The notes under the pieces: model-generated
Database searches by the model: none
Told to the model about the DNA's origin: nothing
The model's input: only the letters and a program-made list of their open reading frames with translations
Made by a program: the position numbers and the translations under genes
DNA from: Octopus vulgaris
Taxonomy: Eukaryota
Assembly (NCBI GenBank): GCA_951406725.2
Contig: OX597818.1
Location: 37,138,001-37,202,000 of the forward strand
Reading direction: 5' to 3'
DNA: 64,000 nt
Part shown: positions 27,742-39,990 of the stretch, in pieces
Layout of the letters: each line of letters begins with the position of its first letter
How positions within the stretch are numbered: position 1 is the stretch's first letter

Positions 27742-28155
27742 ATCCTTTAATATATACAGCTACATGTATATAAACATACATATTTATTTCTTAAATTTCT
27801 CATGTGGATCATAAAACATTAAAAACAATAAGGAGAGATAAAAGATACTCTTTTTTTTTTTGCAATATAAACAAATATACAGCGGATATACATTATATAT
27901 TGTGTATATATATATATAGATTATATATATATATAGATACATATATATTTGTGTGTATAAATACATCTGTCTCTTGGTTTATATGATGATATATATACAC
28001 CGATCTGGAATGTAAACGGAGGTTATTACCGAGTGAAAAAGAAGCTTCCACCATGAATGTAACATATAATAAACACAGCAGCCAGCATAGTTACATAGGT
28101 CTGTGTAAATATACATAAACATATCGCTTGCATACTCGTGTGCGTTTTAGTATAT

Positions 28156-28195
<40 letters not shown>

Positions 28196-28635
28196 CATAC
28201 AGTCACTCACTCACACGCGCACACACACAAATACATTAATATCGCAACAAATCAGACAAAGTAAAAGATAAGAAATATTTTATATAAGATTATTTATACA
28301 ATACACATACGTTTTTTTTTTGTCGTCTTTGTTTTTTTATATGTTTTAAAAAAAAAAGAATTATGGAGACGAGAGCGGGGGAGAAATCGTGAATTATATT
28401 ATATATACACAAGTGCTGAAATGTTTATTTTACCTTAATCATCATCGAATATTGTTTTTATTTCATTGATATTCTTCTCTACAATCGGAATATATAATTA
28501 CAAAACCGTTTACCAAGTCACATACATTTATATATAAATATATATATATACGTGTGTGTTTGTGCGTATATAAAAAGTGGTGTACATAGTTTTAAAAAAA
28601 TACGCGTGTATACAAATACACACACACGTGTGTGT

Positions 28636-28671
<36 letters not shown>

Positions 28672-28760
28672 CCCTTGTACCATTCTCTTTTGAATATATA
28701 AGCTAACCTATTGGATTTTTAATACACTAATTACCAGTTTGCGACTCTGATCAAGGTAAA
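26280..28760 (+). promoter_or_regulatory. Candidate promoter / 5'-UTR region of a long gene
   Basis: No recognisable TEs, visibly retained CpGs, A/C-rich UTR-like composition, and possible donors AAG|GTAGGA (27354) and AAG|GTAAAC (28756). Weak evidence. Confidence 0.25.
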
Positions 28761-29731
28761 CCATATTTTTGTTTATTTATTAAAAATGTCATTGCTTCTC
28801 TCTTCTTTCTCCCTTTTATTATAACATGAGTTTTATATGTAATTTATTTTCTCAGGGTTCTTTTTTTTTTTTTTTTTTCACTTGCCCTTAAATTTTTTTT
28901 TCCCTGAGTGTTTGAATTTACTCAAGTTTTGATCAAGTACCTGCTGTTTCTATGTGAGCTCAATAGACATAATGATGGAAGCAGGTGCAGTGTATATAAA
29001 TGATTCAACAACAAAAGCAATAAGGATGATTATAAATTGTAGCAACTATATACATTCACATACATTTCTTAGGGGGTCGCCGCTAAAACTTTCATACCCC
29101 CTCCCCAAATAATTAGTAACTATATTCCAAGTTTTTAAGGAGTGATGCGCGCGATCATGCTAATTTCTTAATCTGCTTGAAAAGATGTTTCCCTTAGCAG
29201 AGCAGTTATATAATTATTTATATTTCAAATAATTCATAAGTTCTTTGTTGTTTTTTTTTTACTGTTATTTCTATATTCGGTGCATTATGCGCTTTTGGTG
29301 GGGGTTGCAGAATAATTAAGTTACGTAATTAATCTATAAAAATGAAAAAACAAATTAGCTTCAATCATCGCCAGAAGGGCAAATTGCACGATTCTTATTA
29401 TTCGAAATCTATTGAAGAAACCTTATGAAATGATGCGGTGCCACTCCTAGTTTAGCACCACCTCATCGGATAGATGCGTGGTCGAAAGCCTTCGGCAACC
29501 CTGATCGCCCCAGCTGTTCGGAGGAATCCAGGGTTGGGCTGTCGAATGTGTCCTTTCCTTATTAAGACAATAGAAGGATCAGTGACAACAGTTACGAAAC
29601 TCGGAGTTTATAACTGAGTAATAGGCAGCAAGTACTAACAATAGATAATTGCTCTGTGCTTGCGTACTTTTTTTTTCTTTTCGTCTTTGTAAATTGAAAT
29701 GCATACACACACACAGACCAACGTTTGTGTG

Positions 29732-29783
<52 letters not shown>

Positions 29784-30154
29784 CATACATACATACATAC
29801 ATATGTGTGTGTCTGTGTATTTATGTGTATGTAACTATACACACACACAGTGTGCTTTTAACAACATAGTTTTCTAAAAGGCGATGGTGTTGCTAATTAG
29901 ACAAGAGAAGCATGTGTTGACAACGATCGCTGGAACTTATGTTGCTGCAAAACCAAGACGCACACACGTACACAAGAATTCACCATTGATCTCTTCTCTT
30001 TAACTCCCTCTCTTTCTCTCTCTCTCTTTCTGTTTCTATTAATCACCCTCTCATTTCATATTAATCAAATATAGCACCATTCTGTATGTATATATGTATG
30101 TATGTATATGCTTATATGTACGTGTTTATGTTTTGGATATATAAATATGTATAA

Positions 30155-30190
<36 letters not shown>

Positions 30191-31218
30191 GAATTTGTTT
30201 CGTTGATATGACGCATACATAGGTACATGCTTCGACGCACCCAAGCTAATATACAGAGACATACCTTACAAGACGGTTACACTCTCTCTTACACACACAC
30301 ACACACTCAGACATATTCATGCACATTCTATATACGTGCATTCACATACATCTTCTTACACGCGAGAAAGTTTAACGCATTCATTTAAAGAATACACATG
30401 TTGCTATACATATATATTTTTACATACACGCACGCACGCACACACACACACATACATAATACGTTAGTCTTTACACAAACTGACAAATTTTCTCTCTTGA
30501 CATACTTTTAGCATTTTTCTCACTTGAGCTCGATCAACAGTTATGTCTATTAGGCGAAGGCGGGGGGAACATACATACATACATCCTTATCTCTCTATAT
30601 ATATATTTAAATATATATATATATATATATATATGTGTGAAATATATAAATTGTGCGTATGTGTGCATGTGCGTTGTCCAGCCCTGCATGACTGTCTGGG
30701 GGGTACGGACGAGCAAACAAATTTCAACATTTTCAAACGCCCGCCATTCACAGTTGGCGCGCTCCTTATCATTAAGAATGTTATGTAGGGTCAGATCTTA
30801 TTTTTTAATGAACTTTCTGGGGGGGTTTTTTTTTTTTTTTTCAGAAAAAGAAATGCAGATTAATGCGATGACATAAAATAAGTTACCTTACGTAATGTGT
30901 CTGTATCTGCTATGTAATTTTTTTTTTATTGCACAAAGAAGAAAAAAAAGCTAATTTTTTTTTTTGTAGTTGTGTGTGTGTGAGTGACCTCTGTTGCTCC
31001 ATTTGTTTAATATTCTTTTTTCTCTTTTTACTTATGTACTTTGATCTTCGTGTTTAAACTCTAGCTGATAACTTATCTTCTGTGTGTACGTGTGTGTGTG
31101 CAGCAATTTCAATTAAAATGTAGAAAAACTAAAGGAAAAACAACAACAAAAATTAAATAAAACAGAAATATATTCTCTTGATCTATGCTAATTTTAGTAG
31201 GTACTTTGGGAGGGGTGG

Positions 31219-31255
<37 letters not shown>

Positions 31256-32356
31256 TGTGTGTGCGTGTGTGTCTTTCTCTTCTCTGCGACTAGCGCTAAA
31301 CATTGTAGCCGCACGCATTGAAGTTTCCTAAATGGTAGTGAAGGAATTTCACGGATGACAAAGAACCTCAACTAACCAAAAACACAAAAGAATTTGTTTT
31401 ATCTCTTTGTCACTGTGAAATTAGTCTGTTAATAGTCTAAATAGGTTGTGTTATGTGTACTATTAAGCAGCATAAAAAACAAATTTTAGTGAATATTGTT
31501 TATGTAAAATTATGAGTCAGTGCTTTATTAATTACATATACTAATATTGATTTTTTTTTCTTTTCTTTTTTTGTTTCAAATAAAGTTCGTCTGATCGAAT
31601 AGATTCATGTTTCCTCTGAGTAAAATTGAAATGAATTCTATTTTTCTTTGTAATGTTAATTTCTGTAATATGCTTCCTATAACTATATCCTTTCTCATCT
31701 TCTATTTGAACCCAACAGTTGTCTAAATTATGAATTTTATTGTAAATTTTCTTTCATGTAATATATATAACATTTTGATCTCATCGCATTTCATTTGAGC
31801 AAGTTTCAGAATGTATTTTCTATAGATTAAGTTTTGAAGAATCTAAAAAAAAAAAATTTTTTTAAATAGGCTGAATTAAGGGTTTGTGAGGAGGTGTGGG
31901 TGAAACAAAAGATGCGAAACTTGTTTCCAACTGTTATATTTTAGTGATTAACGGGTATGTGTGGGTGGGTGTTGGCGGTGACTGGATATTATTAGAGTTG
32001 CATATATAACTTTGTATTGCAATTTCCAACGAATTAGACTTCATTACCAGTCTCGACACTTTTAGCAGTCGATTAATTTACATAATATAAACGGCATTAT
32101 AATTTCTTTTCTTTTTTTTTATTATTAATTCACTTCATTCTGCCTGTTCGTTTTTTTTGTACCTTCATTCCTTTTTGTATTCTCCCTATCTCTTATCTGT
32201 GTGTGTGTGTATGTATGTATGTATGTATGTATGTATGTATACACACACAGACACTGGACATAAGACGTGTTTAATTTCATCAGGGGCTTTTTTTTTTCTT
32301 TTTCTCTTAACTCAGATATCTTTTATTATTTGTCACTGGCATAGATTCATTGTTTT

Positions 32357-32931
32357 TGCCTTTCATCCTTTTCGGGGTCTATACAAGTAACCACCACTTG
32401 CTTACTAGGGGCCGATGTAAATCAATTAACCCTTATCTCCCCAGAACTTCATGCGTTGTGCTTATAGTTGAAAGGATTTGCGCCTGTAGGTCGGAGAGCA
32501 GGAGAGAGGGTTCGTACCTTTCGTGGCCAGAGCAATCCTGGATGTGTGGGGGGTTTGATTGGTCCTAGTCGGAGGTTCTCCTGTATCAGGAGGTCTACAT
32601 CAGTCATGTTGTCACTTTGGTTACTATGTATACTCTTATCGCATTTCACTGACTTTTCCTTTTCTTTCTCCACACCCTTTATGTTAATCCCCACGCAAAC
32701 TGTTGCCTTTCCTTGTGATGTCCCCCCACATTACGTTTGTGTGGCTACAATCGCCACGTTCTAAGTTCAAATTCCACCGGGGGTCGACTTCGCCTTTCAT
32801 CCTTCCGGGGTCGGTAAAATAAGTACCAGTTGAGCACTGGGGTCGATGTAATTGATTAGTCCCCCCCCCCCGCCTCCCACAAGAATTTCAGGCTTTGTGC
32901 CTATAGTAGAAAGGATTATTATTATTATTAT
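32357..32931 (+). mobile_element. Two SINE A fragments (32357-32477 degraded; 32752-32931 5'-truncated with ATT tail)
   Basis: Meta-like core and tail matches. Confidence 0.8.
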
Positions 32932-33811
32932 TTGATGGGGGATCTTAATGTTTCTTGTTTCAACTTTTATAATTGCGTTCGTTAGTTGAGAATGATTGAG
33001 GTAATGATTAATAGTGGCCGAAAAAGATTGCCTAAGTTGTTGTGTGGTCGGTCTCTGGTCAGCTATTTCCGAGTACGAGATGTATGCTTTATAAATCGTT
33101 CTAGGTGTGACCATCCCATTTTCTTAGGAGTATCTAGGACCACATCATCTAATGTGTCATATCCTATTTTTAAGATGACACAATGCCGTTTTCATGGTAA
33201 TTTCATTGGTCTTTCTTGTCGTTCGAACGAATACTTCGATCCTGGAATGTAACGATGTGTTCTGTGATTTTGATGTGTAATACATCTTTGAAAACTGTCG
33301 CTGATGTTTCTCCTACAAACAACGTATGGTTTTTCTTCAATTTTTCACTGGATTCAATATTTTTCGCGAAACGGTAAGAGACATCAATATTTGATTTCTG
33401 AAGACCACTTAAATTTCATATATAAGTTGTTTCTTTTGTCTTTCCTTTTCGATTCTTTTCTTTTCTTTCCTTGATAGTTTTGCGGCATGCTACTGCAACT
33501 CTTATGATTTTAATAACACGGTTGTGTGTGTGTGCTGAAAGTCTGAAAGTGCTCACCACTCACTCCGATAGTTTCCGTTCGACATTAACTGTCTGTAGTG
33601 TATCGAAGTCAACAGGTATGCATAGCAACACAGACAACGCGCACACGGACATAGATAAGGTTACAATCGTTGCAACAAACATGCACAGCTTGTGTTAGGT
33701 ACGAGCTTAACTATAACAGTTGTCTTTGATGCACACACGCACACACACGATATTCTATTGACTATCAGGTATAAAGGAAAACGATGAAAAGTTCTTATTG
33801 AATTTATAATT

Positions 33812-34031
33812 TACTCCAGTCTAGGCACAGGACCTTCACGTTTTGAGGGACGGTTGTTGGTTAATGCTATCGACCTCCAGTACTTACTTGTTTGGTACTT
33901 TATTTTAACCACCCTTAAGGGATGAAAAGGCAAAGATGAGAGATTTGGGATGGATTTGAATTCAGAACGTAAAGACCGGAAGAAATACCGCAAGGTATTT
34001 TTTCAGACACTCCTACGATTCTGCCAGCTCA
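33812..34031 (-). mobile_element. Degraded SINE family A
   Basis: Antisense match to head, core and tail. Confidence 0.75.
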
Positions 34032-35195
34032 ATGCAAATATTTATTCTGAGCTCTTGAACGGGTGTTTCCGCTATTTAACACCATTTCATCCCGCTTAGA
34101 GCAATCTATACCCAAAGACATTCCAGTGTTGAACAACCCGATTATTTTATTTTATTTTATTTTTATTTATTTATTTATTTATTTATTGTGCACTTTGGAT
34201 CGTATTATTCTTGCATTCGTGTTTCAGCAGATGATTGGATGCGGTTTAAGGGAGTATACGGTTGGATTTTGTGGTCCATCGAACGATGGGGGTTTTAGGA
34301 ACCGTTGCTTAGTAAAGGTTTTAAGAACTGGCGCTTAGCTCCGGTTTTATGATGTTGAGCGCAGAGTGAAATGTCTTGTATAACATGCAGAGCTATCTTA
34401 TTGAAATTAAATATTTTCAAGATCTACAACTATATGCTATAAACGTTGGGGGGCATCCAAGTTTCTCCATCGACCTGCTAGAAATAGCAGCCAAAATGCT
34501 AGTCATCCCTTCAAAGTGTGGGATGGTTGTAATTAGAATGTTCTGATAATAAGGTTCGCTCGATTAGGGTTGCCGTGAGCTGAACAGCAATTACTAAGGT
34601 TCAATCTCAAAGCCTATGAACTGGTATTAAATACTGCAAAACGACATCCCACTAATATATAAAGTTGAGGCACCTTGTCATCTCTTTCTGGGAAATTTTG
34701 TAACTACGTTTACGTGGCTTATATATTTTTTCTTCAAATTCCTCTTTGACTAAGTTGTCAAAATTGCCATTGGGAAGAGTAAAGGTGACTAATACATAGG
34801 ACGGCTATGTCGAGGCGATTTTAATGGGATGGCTAAGTTAGAATGATTGTTGCTATGGAGTAGTGATGCGGGCGTGTTGCTGTTTATTACTTGTCCACTT
34901 ATTGCGGATCCCTCAATGCGCCGCTCGCTTATTGATTGTGTGGGCATTCTTACATCCATAAAAATCTTTTGATATTCGTGAAAAATCTCTCACCAAAAAA
35001 TATCCCTCAGAATCACATTGTTGTTGCGTGGTATAGCTTTGAAAATGGACGCATTGGACTATGTAGTACGAGGCATGATGGGCATGGCTGAAAAACCTTT
35101 GACACATGCTGACCTTGGGTTAAACATGTCTGGTAGCCTTTTTTTTTTTTTTGGTCGTCGTGATAAAAAGGAAAGTTTGATGCTGTTTCTTTGTT

Positions 35196-35238
<43 letters not shown>

Positions 35239-35239
<1 letters not shown>

Positions 35240-35535
35240 GAAGCGCAATGGCCCAGTGATTAGTTCAGCGGACTCGCAGTTGTAGGATCGCGGTTTCGAT
35301 TCCCAGACCGGGCGTTGTGAGTGTTTATTGAGCAAAAACACCTAAAGCTCCACGAGGCTCCGGCAGGGATGGTGGTGATCCCTGCTGTACTCTTTCGCCA
35401 CAACTTTCTCCCACTCTTTCTTCTGTTTGGCCTGCTCGCTTAGCCGGCGGGGTGGCGTCATTTGAAGGCTAAAACAATGCGAAGCGCGTTGTGACCAGCG
35501 ATGTGTAGCAACATCTGATAGCCTGGTCACGGTGA
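35239..35535 (+). mobile_element. tRNA-derived SINE family C
   Basis: tRNA-like head (TGGCCCAGTGATTAG...GGTTTCGATTCCC) and tail GGGGTGGCGTCATTTGAAGGCTAAAACAATGCGAAGCGC... Confidence 0.85.
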
Positions 35536-36364
35536 TATATATATATATATAAGCCAGTATTAATCTGCCGAATCGACCGATCCTAGTATGTAATATAAAA
35601 ACAGGTATTCGCTTCTGACGGACTGCAACCAAGCTCATTAAGGGTTTGAAAACAGAATCTGTGTATAGTTGGTTGAGCTCAGTGCAGTAAAAGACACAGT
35701 TCTTTGCTCTGCTGTGGAGTTGTTGTTGCTATCGTTTCATGTTCTTAAAAGCATCCAAGTACACTCGCATTCGCGCACACACACACACATACAGTGGTAC
35801 ATGATGAGACGTGTTTTCAACACAGACAGACATAGTAGTAGCTTTCATTTAACATACATACTTTGTACAAAAACAAGAGTGTAAACGTTTTTTACCAAGC
35901 TTTGGGGAAAAAAAAATTTTTTTAAAGGTTTGTATGTAGCTGCGATGTCATGTGGCGAAGTTTGATATCGGCAACATTGTCAGATGATTTTTACAAACTT
36001 CCTGCCAGCTAGTTAACCTGCAATAATAAGGATTAATTGTTTTGCTCAGAAAGAACGAAATACATCCAGTGGATTCGAACTCGTGACAGCCTGGCAGATA
36101 GTCTAACATTGTACCCACTTGGCTACCTCGCCTTTACTTACATATTAAGACGCCCTTATATCACGTGTGTGTGTGTGTGTAAATTACCATTTTTCTATTA
36201 CAGTTTTGCTTTTGAAGAAAATTGTGCTTTTGTCACGGCTTACCAATTGCGTGTGTGTAAGCAAATTGGGGCGGTTACAATGTACCGTATGCCCGATCGG
36301 AACCTTGATCGTGGGTGCAGGAATGAGCGTGTGTTTTTTAGGCAGTTCGCTTCACAATTTACGT

Positions 36365-36482
36365 GATTTCAGGTTCACTTTGTTGCACGACACGTTGGAT
36401 AAGTGTCTCCCATCTGTAGCCTCGGTCGACAACCCGAGTACTGTAAATGAAAATTTGGAAGACAGGAACTGTATGCAAGCCC
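36365..36482 (+). mobile_element. Highly degraded SINE B 5' part
   Basis: Weak match to head and core of SINE B. Confidence 0.5.
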
Positions 36483-37448
36483 CTCCTGATGTGCTGCTGT
36501 ACATTGTACGAGGAAGTTTAGACTTGATCCATCGACCAGATTAACTACCGCCACCATCACCACCACACTAGCCAACCTTTGGACTCACTCTTCTAGTGGA
36601 GTCCACTCTCTTCCAAGAAGCGTTGTAACTAGGTGGTCGAGCTGAGGGTAACCCATGAGTTGTGTTTTCTTCCTCAGACAATTTAAATCATATTTAGGTA
36701 CTGCCCTCTTCTTCCTGATTAACCTGTTAAAAAAACAAAAAAAGCTTCACAGCCAGTCATTACTTGTCAACAGTTACGAAATCTATTACATTGCATATAC
36801 ACCCCTACATCGCCAAAGAAGTGGTCGTCACTCGATCTGTTAGAAATAGCAGCCAAATCTCCTTCACTAAACATCTACTGATTCAAATAATGAGGATTAT
36901 TATGTTAGGCAAGGTAGTTCCAGACAGTTGGAACGCCTTTGATAATATTTGATCTACCCGAAAACAACCTCTTTAACTATAGAGGTGTTGTATATTCCTT
37001 GTATATGGTTATTTGTTGTACTCACACCACTACTGACTTCGGACATGAAACTCGTGGATACAGTTATCTCTACATGGACCATAAATGCTAAGCAGTGCAC
37101 ACACACACACACAAAGACCACGTGCTAATGAGGAAGCCTCCGGTTATGTGTAGTCGACATGCAAGAAAAAATAGTCAAATTTGTCTCCTATCATATATCT
37201 TCTTTTTTTTTTTAAATAATGGTGGGAATACATTAGATATTGGATTAATGTGATCCACGGTACAGTGTTAGGAATAAAAATACAATATGGTCATCTATAA
37301 TCGAAATCCTTTGATTTTAGCTGTCCAATTGATCACAGCTGACCCGGAGACTAAATATCGACAGCGTGATGACTTATGTCATAAAGGTATTTTGAGATGT
37401 ATTCCCCACATGTGTACTGTCAACAGGTTGCAGTGTAGATAACGTATA

Positions 37449-37499
<51 letters not shown>

Positions 37500-37500
<1 letters not shown>

Positions 37501-38140
37501 AGGTGACACCATCATGGTGACAGTCAATCGTTCTAGCATGACACATTCTCTGTTAAATCACCATGTCGACGCTGTCACCATTCCAGCGACATGGCAATAC
37601 TTAGTCACCAACTAAGCTACATAGCAACACTCACTCACTCATCATTCCAACCACATGACAGCATACAGTTTACTGTTCCAGCCACATGGTAACACGCCGT
37701 CACCATTCCAGCCGCATGGCGACACTTAGTTACCATTCCAGACACGCACACACACACAGTCACCGTTCGAGCTACATGGAAACACTGTTCTAGCCACATG
37801 GCAACACAGTCACCAATCCGGCTACATGGTGAGACACACCATTCCAACTACATGGTAGCACAGTTACCATTCCAACCACATGGTAACACGCTGTCACCAT
37901 TCCAGCCGCATGGCGACACTTAGTTACCATTCCAGACACGCACACACACACAGAGTCACCGTTCGAGCTACATGGAAACACTGTTCTAGCCACATGGCAA
38001 CACAGTCACCAATCCGGCTACATGGTGAGAGACACACCATTCCAGCTACATGGTAGCACAGTTACCATTCCAACCACATGGCATCTCTCGGCCACATGGT
38101 AACACAGAGTCGCCATTCCAGCTACATGGCAACACAGTTC
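37500..38140. repeat. About 28-bp minisatellite (CAGTCACCATTCCAGCTACATGGCAACA) with a roughly 195-bp higher-order duplication
   Basis: Units recur throughout. 37682-37876 is repeated at 37877-38075. Confidence 0.9.
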
Positions 38141-38997
38141 CCCCAGCGACCACTTTCTGACATAGTTTTCATAGAACTACATGGCGTCATCTCGAAGATG
38201 TCGATTTCAAACACAACCTTAGCACCATAATGAAAGGCAATCCTGCTGTGAACTTCCCGTTTTTTGGGGGGGTGGGGGGTTGTTTACTGTTCCTTGGACT
38301 ACATTATGTATTGTAATCGTTTAAAAACAGCTAGGTGGGATTTCAGAGAGATTTAGCTGCCGTTTCTAGCAGACTGAACGATCACGTAGACGCAAAGCTC
38401 TATCGTTGGATTGCATGTATGCGTAATGCGCCTTGGTGCATAAATGAGAATCACTGAATAAAGATTAGTGTCGAACGAACACACACAAACTCCTTGTTAG
38501 GGTTCAAGTCATCACTGACTTGTATATTGACTGGCAGCCATAGGGGACACACACCTTTGCAGTTTGGCCTTTGCTATCATGAAATTCCTTTATATTTTGC
38601 TACATGTCCCCCATGATCATCGCTTGCTGCCTTATTGGCTGGCAGTGAGACATCTAACTGCATATTGTCTGAAAGTCAGTGTGTTCCATTTTTAGGATGT
38701 TGACCCACATTCGGCTTTCTTTTATTTGTTTTTTTGTTTTTTTTTTCTTTTCGGTGGATTGACCCACATTCAAGCAAACTTTATTCAACGCGTTGACCTA
38801 TATTTGGGCCTCCCTCCCTATCTCATTTTTTTTCCCGGCATATGAACATCTTAATGCTACCAAACATGTACCGACACGAGCTCATGTGTAAGACCTATCG
38901 TATTAGCCTAAGTCATCTGTGATACGCTAATCCACATCCACATCCGCTTTAATCGCACCCTGATCCAATAAACTAGCTTATATATATATATATATAC

Positions 38998-39393
38998 CCT
39001 TACTCTTTTACTTGTTTCAGTCATTTGACTGCGGCCATGCTGGAGCACCGCATTTAATCGAGCAACTCGACCCCGGGACTTATTCTTTTGTAAGCCCAGT
39101 ACTTATTTTATCGGTCTCTTTTGCCGAACCGCTAAGTAACGGGGACATAAACACACCAGCATCGGTTGTCAAGCAATGCTAGGGTGACAAATACAGACAC
39201 ACAAACACACACACGCATATGTATATACATATATACGACGGGCTTCTTTCAGTTTCCGTCTACCAAATCCACTCACAAGGCTTTGGTCGGCCCGAGGCTA
39301 TAGTAGAAGACACTTGCCCAAGGTGCCACGCAGTGGGACTGAACCCGGAACCATGTGGTTGGTAAGCAAGCTACTTCCCACACAGCCACTCCT
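38998..39393 (-). mobile_element. SINE family B, full length, in a (TA)n site
   Basis: Close match to other copies. Confidence 0.92.
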
Positions 39394-39416
39394 ATATATA
39401 TATATATATATATATA

Positions 39417-39573
39417 ACACAAGGGGGTGATGAAAAGTTCCTGACTTTGGGTAAAAGAAAATACAAGGGGATCAGTTAATTATTATTTTATTCAACACAT
39501 TCCCCTCTCAAATTATTGCAGCGGTCCTTCAGTTTTTCTAAGTCCTGTAAAAGAACTTGGAAGGTTGAGCCTC
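39417..39573 (+). mobile_element. Mariner-like terminal fragment
   Basis: Begins CACAAGGGGGTGATGAAAAGTTCCTG, resembling the mariner TIR (TA)CGAGGG..G.TGAAAAGT. The other end was not found. Confidence 0.5.
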
Positions 39574-39729
39574 ACCCTTTAAATCCAGGAACCTTTCGGC
39601 TCCCCCTGAGAGAGAGAGAGAGCTATTGGGGTCGATTTGTTCGACTACACCCTTCAAGGTGGTGCCCCAGCATGACCATTTTCAATGACTCTCACTAGTA
39701 AAAGATAACATCGAAAGCAATATATTAAT

Positions 39730-39990
39730 TACATCAGGTCAATTAACATTCATTGTCATTATTTTTACGCCCTTGCCGACACCATTTGTTACGTTCTTTT
39801 TGTCACGTCTTTTGTAAGATTCAGTGTCTGCGAGTTTTTACCATTTCTGCACATGCCTAGCTTGGTCTTCTTCCGCAGTTTTTCTTCCACTTAAATATCC
39901 TGGTACTTGTTTATTCATCTGTTATCCCTCTCTCCGTAACGCATCAATCACATGTGCAGACCAACGTATTCTTCGTCCTTTTGTAAACTA
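39730..39990 (-). mobile_element. Degraded RTE LINE 3' fragment
   Basis: Minus strand reads RRIRWSAHV...GRRP...EMVK, resembling the RTE RRLRWYGHV...GRP...W motif. Confidence 0.45.

Noticed and set aside
29490-29560. HDV-like ribozyme suggested by GG...CGAAT after a stem
   Set aside because: No P2 partner or P3/L3 motif can be placed.
32449-33480. ORFs 32449..32694 and 32797..33114 as host exons
   Set aside because: No recognisable domain, interrupted by a SINE and stops; possibly an unclassified TE relic.
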